Counted from the first letter of the stretch, positions 9,727 through 19,461 are shown. The stretch is 64,000 nt of DNA from an uncultured Actinomycetota bacterium (GCA_963770565.1 CAVYQE010000002.1:416001-480000), one strand, 5' to 3'. The notes: a model not told the origin generated them from the sequence alone. Program-made: numbers and translations.

Positions 9727-11137
9727 ACGACGACCCGCTCTTGTTGCCGCTGTGCTTCTTCGAGTGGTGGGAGTGCTTACCCGCGTGGTGGGCGGTGTGC
9801 TTCTTCGGCCCGAACCCTGGCTCGAAGGTCCGCGGCATGCCCGGGTGCAACGCCAGCGCAGCCGCACTCGGCGCGGCACCTCCGGCCAGCCACTTCTTCC
9901 ACGTCATGTTCCAGTCCGCGGTGCCCGGGTCGGTCGCGCTCGGCGGCCGCGGGCCGGCGTACACGTCCACGACGTCGCCACGAAGTGCCCAGTTGTAGAA
10001 CCACTGCGCGTTCGTCGGGCTGAGGTTCACGCAACCATGCGAGACGTTGATGTGACCCTGATCGGCGACCGACCAGGGCGCGGCGTGGACGAACTCGCCA
10101 CCGTCGGAGATTCGGACGTCCCAGTAGACCGTCTCGTTGTAGTAGTCCGGATTGCCCTTCGGGATGCCGACCGTGGCCGAGTCCATCTGGACGACCGCGG
10201 ACTTCTCGATCGCGATGTGGACGCCGTCCATGGTCGGCAGGCTGGCGCGACCGGTGCTGACCGGGAAGGTCTTGATCAGCGTGCCGTTGTCGTAGACGCG
10301 CATCTCGTGGGTCGCGATGTCGACCTCGCTGATGTGCGACGGTCCGATCTTGAACGACGTGTGGTGCCGTCCAGCGGCGCCCCAGACCCCGTGCCCGAAG
10401 TTGACGTCCTGAAGGTCACTCGAGATCTCGACCTTGGTCCCGGTCTTCCAGTACGACGGTGGGCGCCAGTGCACCTCCTGGTCGCTCATCCAGTGCCACG
10501 CGCCGACGACGGCGGGCGTCGCCTTGACGGTCAATCCGGCCTCGACCTCCGCGCGTTTCGAGTCGGGGATCGGGCGATCGAAGGTCACCACGATCGGCGA
10601 CCCGACGCCGACGGTGTCACCGCCGCCCGGTGACAGCAGTGCGTTGACGTGCTGCTTGGCGGCCGGAGTTGAGATCCGCAGGGTCCGCTGGATGGTCTTG
10701 TGCGCCAGGTCGAGGTAGCTCACGTTTGCGCGCAGATCGAGCGACGGCGCCAACGGCTCGCTGCTCTGCCACTTCGTCCGGGTCTTGTTGAAGGTGCCGT
10801 CGATCGCACCCTCGCCCGGCTGGTGGATCGAGACCGAGCTGAGCACCCCGTTGACCACGACCAGGCGGAGCAGCTTCGCATAGTGCAGTCGGCCGTGGTG
10901 CAGGTGCTCGACATGCAGCACGGCGACCGGAAGCTCGCCCTTGCCGGCCGCCTTGATCTTCTGGTGCTGATGCGACGAACCTGAGGCGTTGAGGGTAATG
11001 ACGGCGACGCCTACTCCAGCGAGAACGACCACCGCCGCAATGGCCGCAAGGACGCCTCGCGGGACGTGACGCGAAACGTTGATCACAATGACCGCTCTCT
11101 GCAACCTGGGGGCACGTTCATTCTGCCCCGAAGTCAT
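9710..11137 (-). CDS. L,D-transpeptidase (Ig-like domains + YkuD), His/Lys-rich tail
   Basis: VGVGSPIVVTF, HWRPPSYW, catalytic HAAPWSV...NVSHGCVNLS; start may be slightly downstream. Confidence 0.93.
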   Translation of the reverse strand: MTSGQNERAPRLQRAVIVINVSRHVPRGVLAAIAAVVVLAGVGVAVITLNASGSSHQHQKIKAAGKGELPVAVLHVEHLHHGRLHYAKLLRLVVVNGVLSSVSIHQPGEGAIDGTFNKTRTKWQSSEPLAPSLDLRANVSYLDLAHKTIQRTLRISTPAAKQHVNALLSPGGGDTVGVGSPIVVTFDRPIPDSKRAEVEAGLTVKATPAVVGAWHWMSDQEVHWRPPSYWKTGTKVEISSDLQDVNFGHGVWGAAGRHHTSFKIGPSHISEVDIATHEMRVYDNGTLIKTFPVSTGRASLPTMDGVHIAIEKSAVVQMDSATVGIPKGNPDYYNETVYWDVRISDGGEFVHAAPWSVADQGHINVSHGCVNLSPTNAQWFYNWALRGDVVDVYAGPRPPSATDPGTADWNMTWKKWLAGGAAPSAAALALHPGMPRTFEPGFGPKKHTAHHAGKHSHHSKKHSGNKSGSSSSWNG

Positions 11138-11619
11138 CCCGTTGACGACCCCGAATCCGCTTTGTTCGGTACTCCATCGGGCGATATGACGTACCAGTTG
11201 AACCCTTGCCCCTGACCATTGACCTCGCCCGCCTTCCGGTCACCGACGTAGTAGTAGAGCGGCCAGTGGTCGTAGGTAACAATTCGGCCACCATCTCCCG
11301 GCATCGTTCCGACCAATGCCTTGTTGACGCCGGGGCCGGCCAAAACGTTGTGTCCGACTCCGACGAACAACGGCGGCCAGGCCTGCTCGCATTCCTCCAC
11401 CCGCGTGCAGGTCACCCGGCGCTGCTGGTCAGGCGGGTACATGTAGAGCGTCCAGCCGTCGGTGACGAGGAACCGCCCGAGGCCGGGCATTGAACGGACG
11501 CTCAGGGTGATCGTGCGGTCCGCCGAGGGGCGGTGGACCCCGGCCGACCCGCCACCGCCGCAGCCGGCGAGCAGCGCCAGCGCGGCGGCGACACCCAGCG
11601 CCACCACCAACCGCCTCAC
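11134..11619 (-). CDS. Secreted lipoprotein with Y-X4-D repeats (Lipoprotein_15-like)
   Basis: Lipobox LAGC; GWTLYMYPPD...C...C..AWPP; VTYDHWPLYYYVGD...GQG. Confidence 0.82.
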   Translation of the reverse strand: MRRLVVALGVAAALALLAGCGGGGSAGVHRPSADRTITLSVRSMPGLGRFLVTDGWTLYMYPPDQQRRVTCTRVEECEQAWPPLFVGVGHNVLAGPGVNKALVGTMPGDGGRIVTYDHWPLYYYVGDRKAGEVNGQGQGFNWYVISPDGVPNKADSGSSTG

Positions 11620-12395
11620 GCCGGGTCGGCGAGCCCGTGGTTGAGCATCCAGCTCAACACGGACAGCCCCTGGCTCACGGTCCAGTCGTCGACCGGCTTC
11701 GGCTTGTTGAGCGCGACCAGGCCTTCGGGCTCGAGGAACTTCACCAGCTCTCGCGGCGGCAGATGAGCCTGAACGTCAGGAGCAGCGTTGACGACAAACT
11801 GCTCACGGCCGTTGGCGCCGAGGAAGATCAGGTCATCGGCGTGATCGACGTCATATGTCAGCGGCTTATGCGTCAGCCAGTCGATGCTCGGCGGCTTCTC
11901 CTCCTTGACCCGCTGGTATTCCACCCGGAAGAAGTGCCAGAGCTTGGCGAGGTCGGCCGGCGATGCCGTCAGCAGGGTCCAGTTCGAGAGGGGCCCGCCG
12001 TACAGCTTCTGGTACGCCGTCAAGCGTGCCGGGGTGTCGCGCTGCGGGTCGACGGTGATCTCGAGCAGTGCGACCTTGCCGCCCTGACCATCCGCGTTGA
12101 TCGCCCGGGCCATCGCGGCGACGTTCGCGGAGATCAACGGGCAGATGTCAGTGCAAAGGGTCAGGAAGTCCGCGATCATCACCGCCTTCCCCTGGTACGC
12201 CGCGAGCGTCGTCGTCGAGCCGTCCGCCTCGGTGAGCGGGATGTCGCGGATCGCGGCCGGCACCGCGAAGTCGACGACGGTCCCGAGCGAGGGGGGCGGC
12301 GCCTTCACCGCGCCGCCGCCGCATCCGGCGAGGGCGCCGAGCGCCGCGATCGCCAGCGCCGCGACTCCCCCTCGCCGTCGGAGGATGTGCTGCAC
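11616..12395 (-). CDS. SCO1/SenC copper chaperone lipoprotein
   Basis: FLTLCTDICP (CxxxC), ITVDPQRDTP, downstream His (YDVDH). Confidence 0.92.
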   Translation of the reverse strand: MQHILRRRGGVAALAIAALGALAGCGGGAVKAPPPSLGTVVDFAVPAAIRDIPLTEADGSTTTLAAYQGKAVMIADFLTLCTDICPLISANVAAMARAINADGQGGKVALLEITVDPQRDTPARLTAYQKLYGGPLSNWTLLTASPADLAKLWHFFRVEYQRVKEEKPPSIDWLTHKPLTYDVDHADDLIFLGANGREQFVVNAAPDVQAHLPPRELVKFLEPEGLVALNKPKPVDDWTVSQGLSVLSWMLNHGLADPA

Positions 12396-12397
12396 CG

Positions 12398-13444
12398 TCA
12401 GTCCTCTCGGTCAGTTGGTTCGGAGCGGCCGCGCGAGTGGAGTCGGGACAGGTACTCGTTGTAGGCAGCCAGATGCTCGTCGTCGTCGATGGTCTGGCCG
12501 GGATGAGCGTGCGTCGCGATCGGCGCCGTGGCGCCCACCGACGCCACGTTGTCTCGAAGGGCTTGCGTCCTCGCACCTTCAAGCCAGTCGCCCATGCTGC
12601 CCGCAGCCTGCTTGTCCCGCAGGAACATGACGAATACGCAAAGAATAAGAACGAACATGATCGCGTCGCCGCCGACCCACATGATCGCGCCGCCCAGGTG
12701 CAGGTCGCTGACCAGGCCCGGCCCCCAGGTCCGCCCGGAGTCGGCATACGCCGGAAAGAGCTCGTGGTTGGCCTGAAGGAGGACGACACCGACGAACGTG
12801 TCGACCGGCATGCTCAGGGCAAGGAGGAGGAAGCGGGTCGGAAACGACATCTTCCACCGGATCGGCTCGGAGCCGAGCAACGGCAGGAAGTAGAGGTAAC
12901 CCGCCACGAGATACAGGACGTGCTCGGCGTTGTGCACGTTCTCGTGGTGGAGGGTGACGTTCATGAACCCGGTCAGATGGGTGCCGACGATCGTCGCTGC
13001 GTAGATGACGGCGGCAACGGGTGGGCAGGTCAGCGCGGTCACCACCCTGGACCGGATCACCGAAAGGGTCCAACGGTGAAGCGGGTTGCGCGATGCATGC
13101 AACAGCAGAGTCACCGGACGACCGACGACAAGCAGCGGCGGCGCCACCATGATCAGCAGCAGGTGCTGAACCATATGCACGCTGAACAGCAAGTCGTCGT
13201 ACGCGCCGACGCTGCTTTGGGTGGCGATGACGATCGCCAGCAGGCCGAGGTAGTAAGCAACCGAGCGCAGCACCGGCCACGGATTGGACGGGTGGCGGCG
13301 CCGCACCCGCCAGATGCCGATCGCGTACAGCGAAGCGAGTAGCCCGGTCGCAGCCGTCACCACGGGAGCGAACTGCCACTCGCTGAAGGCGGTATGCCCG
13401 GTCAGCGGCACACTCGGGTCGGCGAGCACCCACGCACCGTTCAC
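12398..13444 (-). CDS. ctaG: Cytochrome c oxidase assembly factor (Caa3_CtaG)
   Basis: FSVHMVQHLLLIMVAPPLLV, GGAIMWVGGD, C-terminal LAAYNEYL. Confidence 0.9.
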   Translation of the reverse strand: MNGAWVLADPSVPLTGHTAFSEWQFAPVVTAATGLLASLYAIGIWRVRRRHPSNPWPVLRSVAYYLGLLAIVIATQSSVGAYDDLLFSVHMVQHLLLIMVAPPLLVVGRPVTLLLHASRNPLHRWTLSVIRSRVVTALTCPPVAAVIYAATIVGTHLTGFMNVTLHHENVHNAEHVLYLVAGYLYFLPLLGSEPIRWKMSFPTRFLLLALSMPVDTFVGVVLLQANHELFPAYADSGRTWGPGLVSDLHLGGAIMWVGGDAIMFVLILCVFVMFLRDKQAAGSMGDWLEGARTQALRDNVASVGATAPIATHAHPGQTIDDDEHLAAYNEYLSRLHSRGRSEPTDRED

Positions 13445-13941
13445 GCGACTCGGTCCATCGAATTCGAGCCAGCCTCGGCGGAGTCAGCCACGGTGAGGAT
13501 GCCGACCGGCTCGGCGACCGACCTCGAGTGCCATAGCAGCACGAGCGCGCCGGCGAAGAAACTGGTCCCGACCACCAGCTCGAGCACAACTTGCCAGCCG
13601 AACGAACCGTGCGGGTGCGCGGACGTGACCAGCAGAGGAAGCGACACCAGCAACTGGACGACTCCCGACCCTGCGACCAAGGCAGCGGCCACGGCCCACT
13701 GACGCCGCGAACGGCGGCGCTCGATGTCCGCCACCGTCGCCCGCACGATCCGCTCGGTCAGCTCGTCAGGTGGCAGCGGGCCGCCGACCCGCGCCCGCCT
13801 GGTCACCCGTTCGCAGCGACTCGCCCAAGCCCGGCAGCCAGTGCAGCCGGCGAGATGCTCGCGGAGGTGCCCGGGCCACACCCCGGTCTCCTCGCCGTCG
13901 GCGGCAGCCGACACCGCAAGCCGTGCCTGCTCACATCTCAC
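13441..13941 (-). CDS. zf-HC2 (ZAS) membrane anti-sigma factor
   Basis: MRCEQARLAVSA...EHLAGCTGC (HxxxCxxC) plus two TM segments. Confidence 0.82.
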   Translation of the reverse strand: MRCEQARLAVSAAADGEETGVWPGHLREHLAGCTGCRAWASRCERVTRRARVGGPLPPDELTERIVRATVADIERRRSRRQWAVAAALVAGSGVVQLLVSLPLLVTSAHPHGSFGWQVVLELVVGTSFFAGALVLLWHSRSVAEPVGILTVADSAEAGSNSMDRVA

Positions 13942-13950
13942 AATTCCATT

Positions 13951-13978
13951 AGTGCTTGGACGGACCGGAATAGTTCCC
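13951..13978 (-). promoter_or_regulatory. Putative SigC-type ECF promoter for the anti-sigma-ctaG-sco-ldt operon
   Basis: Minus strand GGGAAC-N17-GCACT just upstream of GTG 13941. Confidence 0.45.
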
Positions 13979-14049
13979 GGCCGGTCAATTCCCGATCCGC
14001 CATACACCCGCCGACGGACCCCGGCCGCGATGGCCGTACGGTTGACCGG

Positions 14050-14601
14050 GTGGGTGACAGCCTGGCCGGTGTAGCGGCAGCAGCCGGCCGTGGCAACCAA
14101 CAGGCATTCGCCGAACTGGTCGCCCGCACGCAGGCTCCAGTTTGGCGACTATGCGCCTACCTGGTCGACCGAGCGGCCGCCGACGATCTCACCCAAGAGA
14201 CCTATCTCCGGGCGTTCCGCGCGCTGCCGAGCTTCCGCGGCGACGCACAGGTCTCGACCTGGCTGCTCACGATCGCCCGCCGGACCTGCGCTGCCGAGCT
14301 CGACCGCCGTACGCGGGTGCGGGACATGCATCTGCTTACCGTGCCGCAGCGGTCGCTGGTGGCCGACCCGGCGCCGGTGGTGGACCTCAACCTGCTGATC
14401 CAAGACCTCGACCCGGACCGCCGGGCCGCCTTCGTGCTCACCCAGATCGTGGGTTGCGACTACGCCGAGGCCGCCGAGGTGTGCGGGTGCCCGCTCGGGA
14501 CGATCCGCTCGCGGGTCGCCCGCGCCCGCGCCGATCTAGTCGCGGCGCTCGACGGAGAGGTAGCGCCCGCCGGAGCCGTCCGCTCCCGGTCGACGCGATA
14601 G
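14050..14601 (+). CDS. ECF sigma factor, SigC-like
   Basis: VWRLCAYL...ADDLTQETYLRA...WLLTIARRTCA...AFVLTQIVG..YAEAAEVCGCPLGTIRSRVARAR. Confidence 0.9.
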   Translation: MGDSLAGVAAAAGRGNQQAFAELVARTQAPVWRLCAYLVDRAAADDLTQETYLRAFRALPSFRGDAQVSTWLLTIARRTCAAELDRRTRVRDMHLLTVPQRSLVADPAPVVDLNLLIQDLDPDRRAAFVLTQIVGCDYAEAAEVCGCPLGTIRSRVARARADLVAALDGEVAPAGAVRSRSTR

Positions 14602-14661
14602 CGGTACGCCGCAGCAGGCTCGAGGCTCGGGGTTTGGAAACCGGACCGTTTCACGGCACAA

Positions 14662-14688
14662 TTAGCAGTCGAGGCACGCGAGTGCCAA
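14662..14688 (+). promoter_or_regulatory. CIRCE element (HrcA operator)
   Basis: TTAGCAGTC-N9-GAGTGCCAA versus consensus TTAGCACTC-N9-GAGTGCTAA, upstream of the FmdB/Rv0991c-like gene. Confidence 0.82.
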
Positions 14689-14721
14689 CCCAGGATCGGG
14701 CCAGCCGTTCGAGGAGGCGAG

Positions 14722-15138
14722 ATGCCGACCTACGAGTACGCCTGCACGGAGTGCGGCGACCGTCTCGAGGCCGTCCAGAGCTTCAGCGACGACCCGCTGA
14801 CCGTCTGCCCGTCCTGCCAGGGCCGGTTGCGCAAGGTCTTCTCACCGGTCGGGGTGGTCTTCAAGGGATCGGGCTTCTACAAGAACGACAGCCGGTCCGG
14901 GAAGTCCAACGGGGCGTCCGCCGGCTCGTCGAGCGAGCCGAGCAAGGCAAACGGCGGCGACTCGTCGTCCACCAGCTCGGACTCCGGCGGGTCGGGGTCG
15001 GGCGGCTCGGACTCCGGCGGCTCGGGGTCCAGCGGGTCCGAGTCCACGAAGGGCACGTCAACCGAATCCGGCGGCGGCGCCAAGGCCGGCGCGTCGGGCA
15101 AGTCGGACTCGAAGGGTGGCGGCAGCAAGGTCGCTTAG
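14722..15138 (+). CDS. FmdB-family zinc-ribbon protein (Rv0991c/Ruc-like) with Ser/Gly-rich tail
   Basis: MPTYEYACTECG...CPSC...VFKGSGFYKNDSR; GAGGAGG RBS. Confidence 0.92.
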   Translation: MPTYEYACTECGDRLEAVQSFSDDPLTVCPSCQGRLRKVFSPVGVVFKGSGFYKNDSRSGKSNGASAGSSSEPSKANGGDSSSTSSDSGGSGSGGSDSGGSGSSGSESTKGTSTESGGGAKAGASGKSDSKGGGSKVA

Positions 15139-15228
15139 CGCGATCCACACGTCGCCTCGCCACACCGCAGATCCACAGCCCTCCGCCCGAGCGCCGCGTT
15201 GCGCGGGCGGGCTTTCTAGCGTCGGCCG

Positions 15229-15897
15229 ATGCAGTGGAGTCGAACGGGCTCGAGCTGGGGTGCCTGGCATCGCCGGCTCGCGCTCCGGCGCCGCCTCGTG
15301 GTCGCGGTCCTGGCCGGCATTGCGGTGGTGTCCGGACTCAGCGCGGCCCGGCCCGCGCCGCCCCCGACCCGCTCGGTGTGGGTCGCGGCTCGCAACCTCC
15401 CGGGCGGCGAACCACTCGCGGGCGGCGACGTCAGGCTCGAGTCGATGCCGGCCGCCGACGTTCCGAGCGACGCGTGGCCGGCCACGACTTCGCTCACCGG
15501 CCGGCTGCTTGCCGCTCCGGTGCGGGCCGGCGAGCCGCTCACTGATGTACGAATCCTGTCGCCCGCACTTCTCGCGGCGACCGACCAAGCCGACGCCGTC
15601 GCCGTACCCGTGCGGGTGGCGGACGGCGCGGCCGCGCTCGCGCTGGTGCACGCCGGCGACCTGGTCGACGTCATCGCTGCACCCGAACCCGGCAGCGGCG
15701 AAGCGCCGCAGAGCTTCGTCGTCGTCCACGACGTTCGGGTGCTTGCGGTGCCTCCTCATGACGACGGAGCCGGCGACGCGGGATCGGGCGGCGGCGGCGG
15801 GCTGCTGATCGTCGCAGCGACCGAGCGCCAAGCCGCGGCGTTGGCCCACGCCGCTACCGGCGACGCATTGTCGATCGCGGTACGAAGGGGACCCTGA
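15229..15897 (+). CDS. SAF/RcpC-CpaB domain protein (Rv0990c-like)
   Basis: VWVAARNLPGG, GEPLTDVR, GDLVDVIA; conserved synteny with FmdB. Confidence 0.8.
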   Translation: MQWSRTGSSWGAWHRRLALRRRLVVAVLAGIAVVSGLSAARPAPPPTRSVWVAARNLPGGEPLAGGDVRLESMPAADVPSDAWPATTSLTGRLLAAPVRAGEPLTDVRILSPALLAATDQADAVAVPVRVADGAAALALVHAGDLVDVIAAPEPGSGEAPQSFVVVHDVRVLAVPPHDDGAGDAGSGGGGGLLIVAATERQAAALAHAATGDALSIAVRRGP

Positions 15898-16005
15898 CCG
15901 AGCCGCCGGCGGATCCACGCGACGTCGAGGGCACCGACCGGTCCCAGCCGAGTAGGGCAGACTGCTCCCTGCACATGACCCGATTCCCTGGACAAGGGGG
16001 CAGAA

Positions 16006-16404
16006 GTGTCCGGTTTCAAGAAGTTCCTGCTGCGCGGCAACGTCGTCGATCTGGCGATTGCGGTCGTCATCGGTGCCGCGTTCGGCACGGTCATTGCGGC
16101 CTTCACGAAGGACCTGCTCACGCCGATCATCTCGGCGATCGCGGGCAAGGCCAGCCTGACCACGCTGACCTTCACGATCCACCACTCGGTGTTCTTTTAC
16201 GGCGACTTCCTCAACGCGATTATCGCGTTCGTGATCCTCGCCGCGGTGGTCTACTTCTTCGTCGTCGTACCGGTCGGTGCCCTGCTCGACCGCTACAAGC
16301 CCGCACCGGACGAGCCGACCCCCACAACCGACTGCCCGCACTGCATGTCATCGATACCGGAGACAGCGAGCGTCTGCGCCTTCTGCACCCGCGACGTCGC
16401 CTGA
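16006..16404 (+). CDS. mscL: Large-conductance mechanosensitive channel with C-terminal CxxC...CxxC zinc ribbon
   Basis: FKKFLLRGNVVDLAIAVVIGAAF, YGDFLNA. Confidence 0.95.
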   Translation: MSGFKKFLLRGNVVDLAIAVVIGAAFGTVIAAFTKDLLTPIISAIAGKASLTTLTFTIHHSVFFYGDFLNAIIAFVILAAVVYFFVVVPVGALLDRYKPAPDEPTPTTDCPHCMSSIPETASVCAFCTRDVA

Positions 16405-16490
16405 CCGGCCGCAGCGCAGTTGATCATGGCGAAGCGAGCGAAGAATCACGCGAAAATGCCGCTCTTCGCCATGATCAACTACTCGGGGGT

Positions 16491-16673
16491 TCAAGGGGTG
16501 TCGTAGTGCGGGGGGCGGTCGTCGTCCGTGCCCCACTCGGCCGCACCGGCATCCTCGTCGATGTCGACGTCGCGATCGGCGTCGTCACCCCACCCGGTCC
16601 CGCGGTCGTCGACATCACCCCAGCCGACGTCGCTCTCCTCTGACATCGGATCCGGTGGCAGTGGTTCAGTCAT
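16491..16673 (-). CDS. Small acidic protein (GWGD repeats, RPPH C-terminus)
   Basis: 60 aa MTEPLPPDPMSEESDVGWGD...RPPHYDTP, directly after regX3. Confidence 0.5.
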   Translation of the reverse strand: MTEPLPPDPMSEESDVGWGDVDDRGTGWGDDADRDVDIDEDAGAAEWGTDDDRPPHYDTP

Positions 16674-16693
16674 CGATCCAAGCCTACGACCGA

Positions 16694-17377
16694 TCAGGGC
16701 TCGAACTTGTACCCGAGTCCGCGGACGGTCAGCAGGTGCCGCGGCGAGGACGGCGAGGGCTCGATCTTCGCGCGCAGCCGCTTGACGTGTACGTCGAGGG
16801 TCTTGGTGTCGCCGACGTAGTCGCTGCCCCAGATCCGGTCGATCAGCTGACCTCGGGTCAGCACCCGCCCGGCGTTGCGCAGCAGGAACTCGAGCAGCTC
16901 GAACTCCTTGAGCGGCATCGGCACGGTGTCGCTGTTGACGCTCACCACGTGGCGATCGACATCCATCCGCACCGGACCGGACTCCAGGACCGACGACACC
17001 ATCTCGTCGGGCTCGGTGCCACGGCGTCGCATGACCGCCCGGATCCGGGCGACCAGCTCGCGGGCCGAGAACGGCTTGGTGACGTAGTCGTCGGCGCCGA
17101 TCTCGAGCCCGACAACCTTGTCGACCTCCGCGTCCTTGGCGGTGAGCATGATGACCGGCACCTCGGAGCGCTGGCGCAGCTGCCGGCACACCTCCAGCCC
17201 GGACAGCCCCGGCAACATGAGGTCGAGCAGCACCAGATCGGCGCCGGCGCGATCGAACTCCTCGATGCCGTCCGGCCCGGTAGCCGCCATGGCGACCTCG
17301 AAGCCTTCCCGCCGAAGCATGTATCCGAGCGCGTCGGAGAACGACTCTTCGTCCTCCACGACCAGGATTCGGGTCAC
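16694..17377 (-). CDS. regX3: OmpR/PhoB-family response regulator RegX3 (PhoP)
   Basis: REC domain [16 protein letters not shown]; RIWGSDYVGDTKTLDVHVKRLR. Confidence 0.95.
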   Translation of the reverse strand: MTRILVVEDEESFSDALGYMLRREGFEVAMAATGPDGIEEFDRAGADLVLLDLMLPGLSGLEVCRQLRQRSEVPVIMLTAKDAEVDKVVGLEIGADDYVTKPFSARELVARIRAVMRRRGTEPDEMVSSVLESGPVRMDVDRHVVSVNSDTVPMPLKEFELLEFLLRNAGRVLTRGQLIDRIWGSDYVGDTKTLDVHVKRLRAKIEPSPSSPRHLLTVRGLGYKFEP

Positions 17378-18552
17378 GGGTTTGATGCCTCCTGTAGCAG
17401 TGCGGGGGTCGCAACCTGCGGTTGCGAGCCTGAGACGAGCCGGATGGTGAAGGTGCTGCCGTTACCGGGCCGGCTCCAGACGGTGACCTCACCGCCGTGG
17501 TTGCCGACCGTGTGCTTGACGATGGCGAGCCCGAGTCCGGTGCCACCGGTCGCGCGCGAGCGGGCCGGATCGATCCGGTAGAACCGCTCGAAGATCCGCT
17601 CCTGCTCGTCCTCGGGGATGCCGACGCCCTGATCGGTCACGGTGATCTCGACGACGTCGTCGCGCAAGCGGACGCCGAGCGCGACCCGGGTGCCGTCCGG
17701 GCTGTAGGCCACCGCGTTGTAGAGCAGGTTGGCCACGGCGGTGACCAGCTGGCCCTCCTCGCCGAGCACGACCAGCCCGTCGTCGCCACCGCGCACGATT
17801 GAGATCCCGCGCGCCTCGGCGGGCAGCCTGGCCCGGTCGACCGCTTCGTCGAGCACGGCATCGACCGAGACCTCGGTCGACGGCGGCAGCGGCTCGCCGC
17901 CCTGCAGCCTCGACAGGTCGAGCAGCTCCTGGACCAGCCGGGAGAGCCGCTGCGCCTCGTGCTGCATCCGACCCACGAAGCGCTGCACGGCCTCCGGGTC
18001 GTCGTGGGCATCGAGCGCGGCCTCGGCGAGCAGTTGCAGCGCGCCGACCGGTGTCTTGATCTCGTGCCCGACGTTGGCGACGAAGTCGCGTCGTACCGAC
18101 TCGACCCGCTTCGCTTCGGTGAGGTCGTCGACGACCAGAGCCACCTCGCCGCCGTCCAGGCGCTGGGCGCGAGCCCCAACCGAGACGGTACGACGGGGGA
18201 AGTCGTTGAAGTCCATCGAGAACTCGGCGGTCTGCGGCTTGCCGGTCCGCCGGGCGGCTTGGACCAGCCGGGAGAGCTCCGCCACGTCGAGCACCGAGTC
18301 GCGCACCACTCCGAGCTGAACCGCGGCGGGGTTTGCGAGCCGGACCGCGTCGTCGGCGTCCAGCAGGACTGCGGCCGTGGGAAGCAGCTCGAGCATGGTC
18401 TCGGCCGGCCCCCGGGCGGAGCGTGGGAGCGGCGGGCGCGGCGCGGGCAGCGGGGACTCCCCCGACACCGACCGGCGACGAGCCAGCGGCCGGATCATCA
18501 GAGCCAGGCCGACCCCCACCAGCAGTCCAACGATTGCTGCGACCACCGTCAC
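17374..18552 (-). CDS. senX3: Sensor histidine kinase SenX3 (PhoR)
   Basis: RRDFVANVGHEIKTPVGA; FERFYRIDPARSRATGGTGLGLAIVKH. Confidence 0.93.
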   Translation of the reverse strand: MTVVAAIVGLLVGVGLALMIRPLARRRSVSGESPLPAPRPPLPRSARGPAETMLELLPTAAVLLDADDAVRLANPAAVQLGVVRDSVLDVAELSRLVQAARRTGKPQTAEFSMDFNDFPRRTVSVGARAQRLDGGEVALVVDDLTEAKRVESVRRDFVANVGHEIKTPVGALQLLAEAALDAHDDPEAVQRFVGRMQHEAQRLSRLVQELLDLSRLQGGEPLPPSTEVSVDAVLDEAVDRARLPAEARGISIVRGGDDGLVVLGEEGQLVTAVANLLYNAVAYSPDGTRVALGVRLRDDVVEITVTDQGVGIPEDEQERIFERFYRIDPARSRATGGTGLGLAIVKHTVGNHGGEVTVWSRPGNGSTFTIRLVSGSQPQVATPALLQEASNP

Positions 18553-18624
18553 ATCTCGATGATAAGGAGCCTGAATGCCCGGTTCTTGCTCCCGAGCGAT
18601 CGCGGTAGGCCTGACCGAGTCAGC

Positions 18625-18674
18625 TTTCACAACCCCGCCCCCACCCGTTCATCCGCCCGTTGCTCGCCGTTCAC
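18625..18674 (+). promoter_or_regulatory. PHO box repeats between senX3 and phoU
   Basis: TTTCAC 18625, GTTCAT 18647, GTTCAC 18669 in 11-bp phase. Confidence 0.6.
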
Positions 18675-18735
18675 CGCCGAGGCAGGACGGTGGGTAACCC
18701 GCACTAAGGTGGGTACGGCGAGGGCAGGAGGCACG

Positions 18736-19395
18736 GTGCGCGATCAGTATCACGAGGATCTCGAGGCCATCACGAGCTCGCTCGTCGACATCACCAGGTT
18801 GACCGGCAGCGCGATCAACCACGCCACCCAGGCGCTGCTCGACGCCGACCTGCAGGCGGCCGAGTCCGTGATCACCGGCGACCTCGCCATCGACGAGCTC
18901 TACGAGCGGATCGAGTCCAACGCGCTCGACCTGCTCGCCCGCCAGCAGCCGGTCGCGAGTGACCTCCGGGTGATCATCACCGGCCTCCGGATGGTGGCCG
19001 ACATCGAGCGGATGGGTGACTTGGCGCTGCACATCGCCAAGGTCGCCCGGCGGCGCTACCCGTCGAGCGCGATCCCGGCCGAGTTGCAGGCCACCGTGCT
19101 GGAGATGGGCCAGGTCGCCCAGCGGATCTGCGCGAAGTGCTCGAGCGTGATCGCCGGCCGCGACCTCACGATGGCCGCCGAGCTCGAACGCGACGACGAC
19201 GTCATGGACAACCTGCATCGGCGGCTGCTGGCCACCATCCTGGACGAGTCCTGGCAGGGCGGGATCGAGACCGCTATCGACGTGACATTGTGCGGGCGCT
19301 ACTACGAGCGGTTCTGTGATCACGCCGTGTCGGTGGCCCGCCGGGTCATCTTCCTGGTGACCGGCGAGCGGGCTCCGATGCCGGCCGAGGCCTAG
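18736..19395 (+). CDS. phoU: Phosphate transport regulator
   Basis: LARQQPVASDLR...ERMGDLALH; GRYYERFCDHAV. Confidence 0.95.
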   Translation: MRDQYHEDLEAITSSLVDITRLTGSAINHATQALLDADLQAAESVITGDLAIDELYERIESNALDLLARQQPVASDLRVIITGLRMVADIERMGDLALHIAKVARRRYPSSAIPAELQATVLEMGQVAQRICAKCSSVIAGRDLTMAAELERDDDVMDNLHRRLLATILDESWQGGIETAIDVTLCGRYYERFCDHAVSVARRVIFLVTGERAPMPAEA

Positions 19396-19440
19396 CCGGC
19401 GACACCCGCCGCACCGCGCGATCGGCCGCGTTGGGCCAAG

Positions 19441-19461
19441 TTATCCACAGGTTTATCCATA
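19441..19461 (+). promoter_or_regulatory. Two DnaA-box-like sites
   Basis: TTATCCACA (perfect) at 19441 and TTATCCATA at 19453. Confidence 0.5.

Noticed and set aside
14890-15130. Repeated GACTCCGGCGG units
   Set aside because: Low-complexity Ser/Gly tail of the FmdB protein
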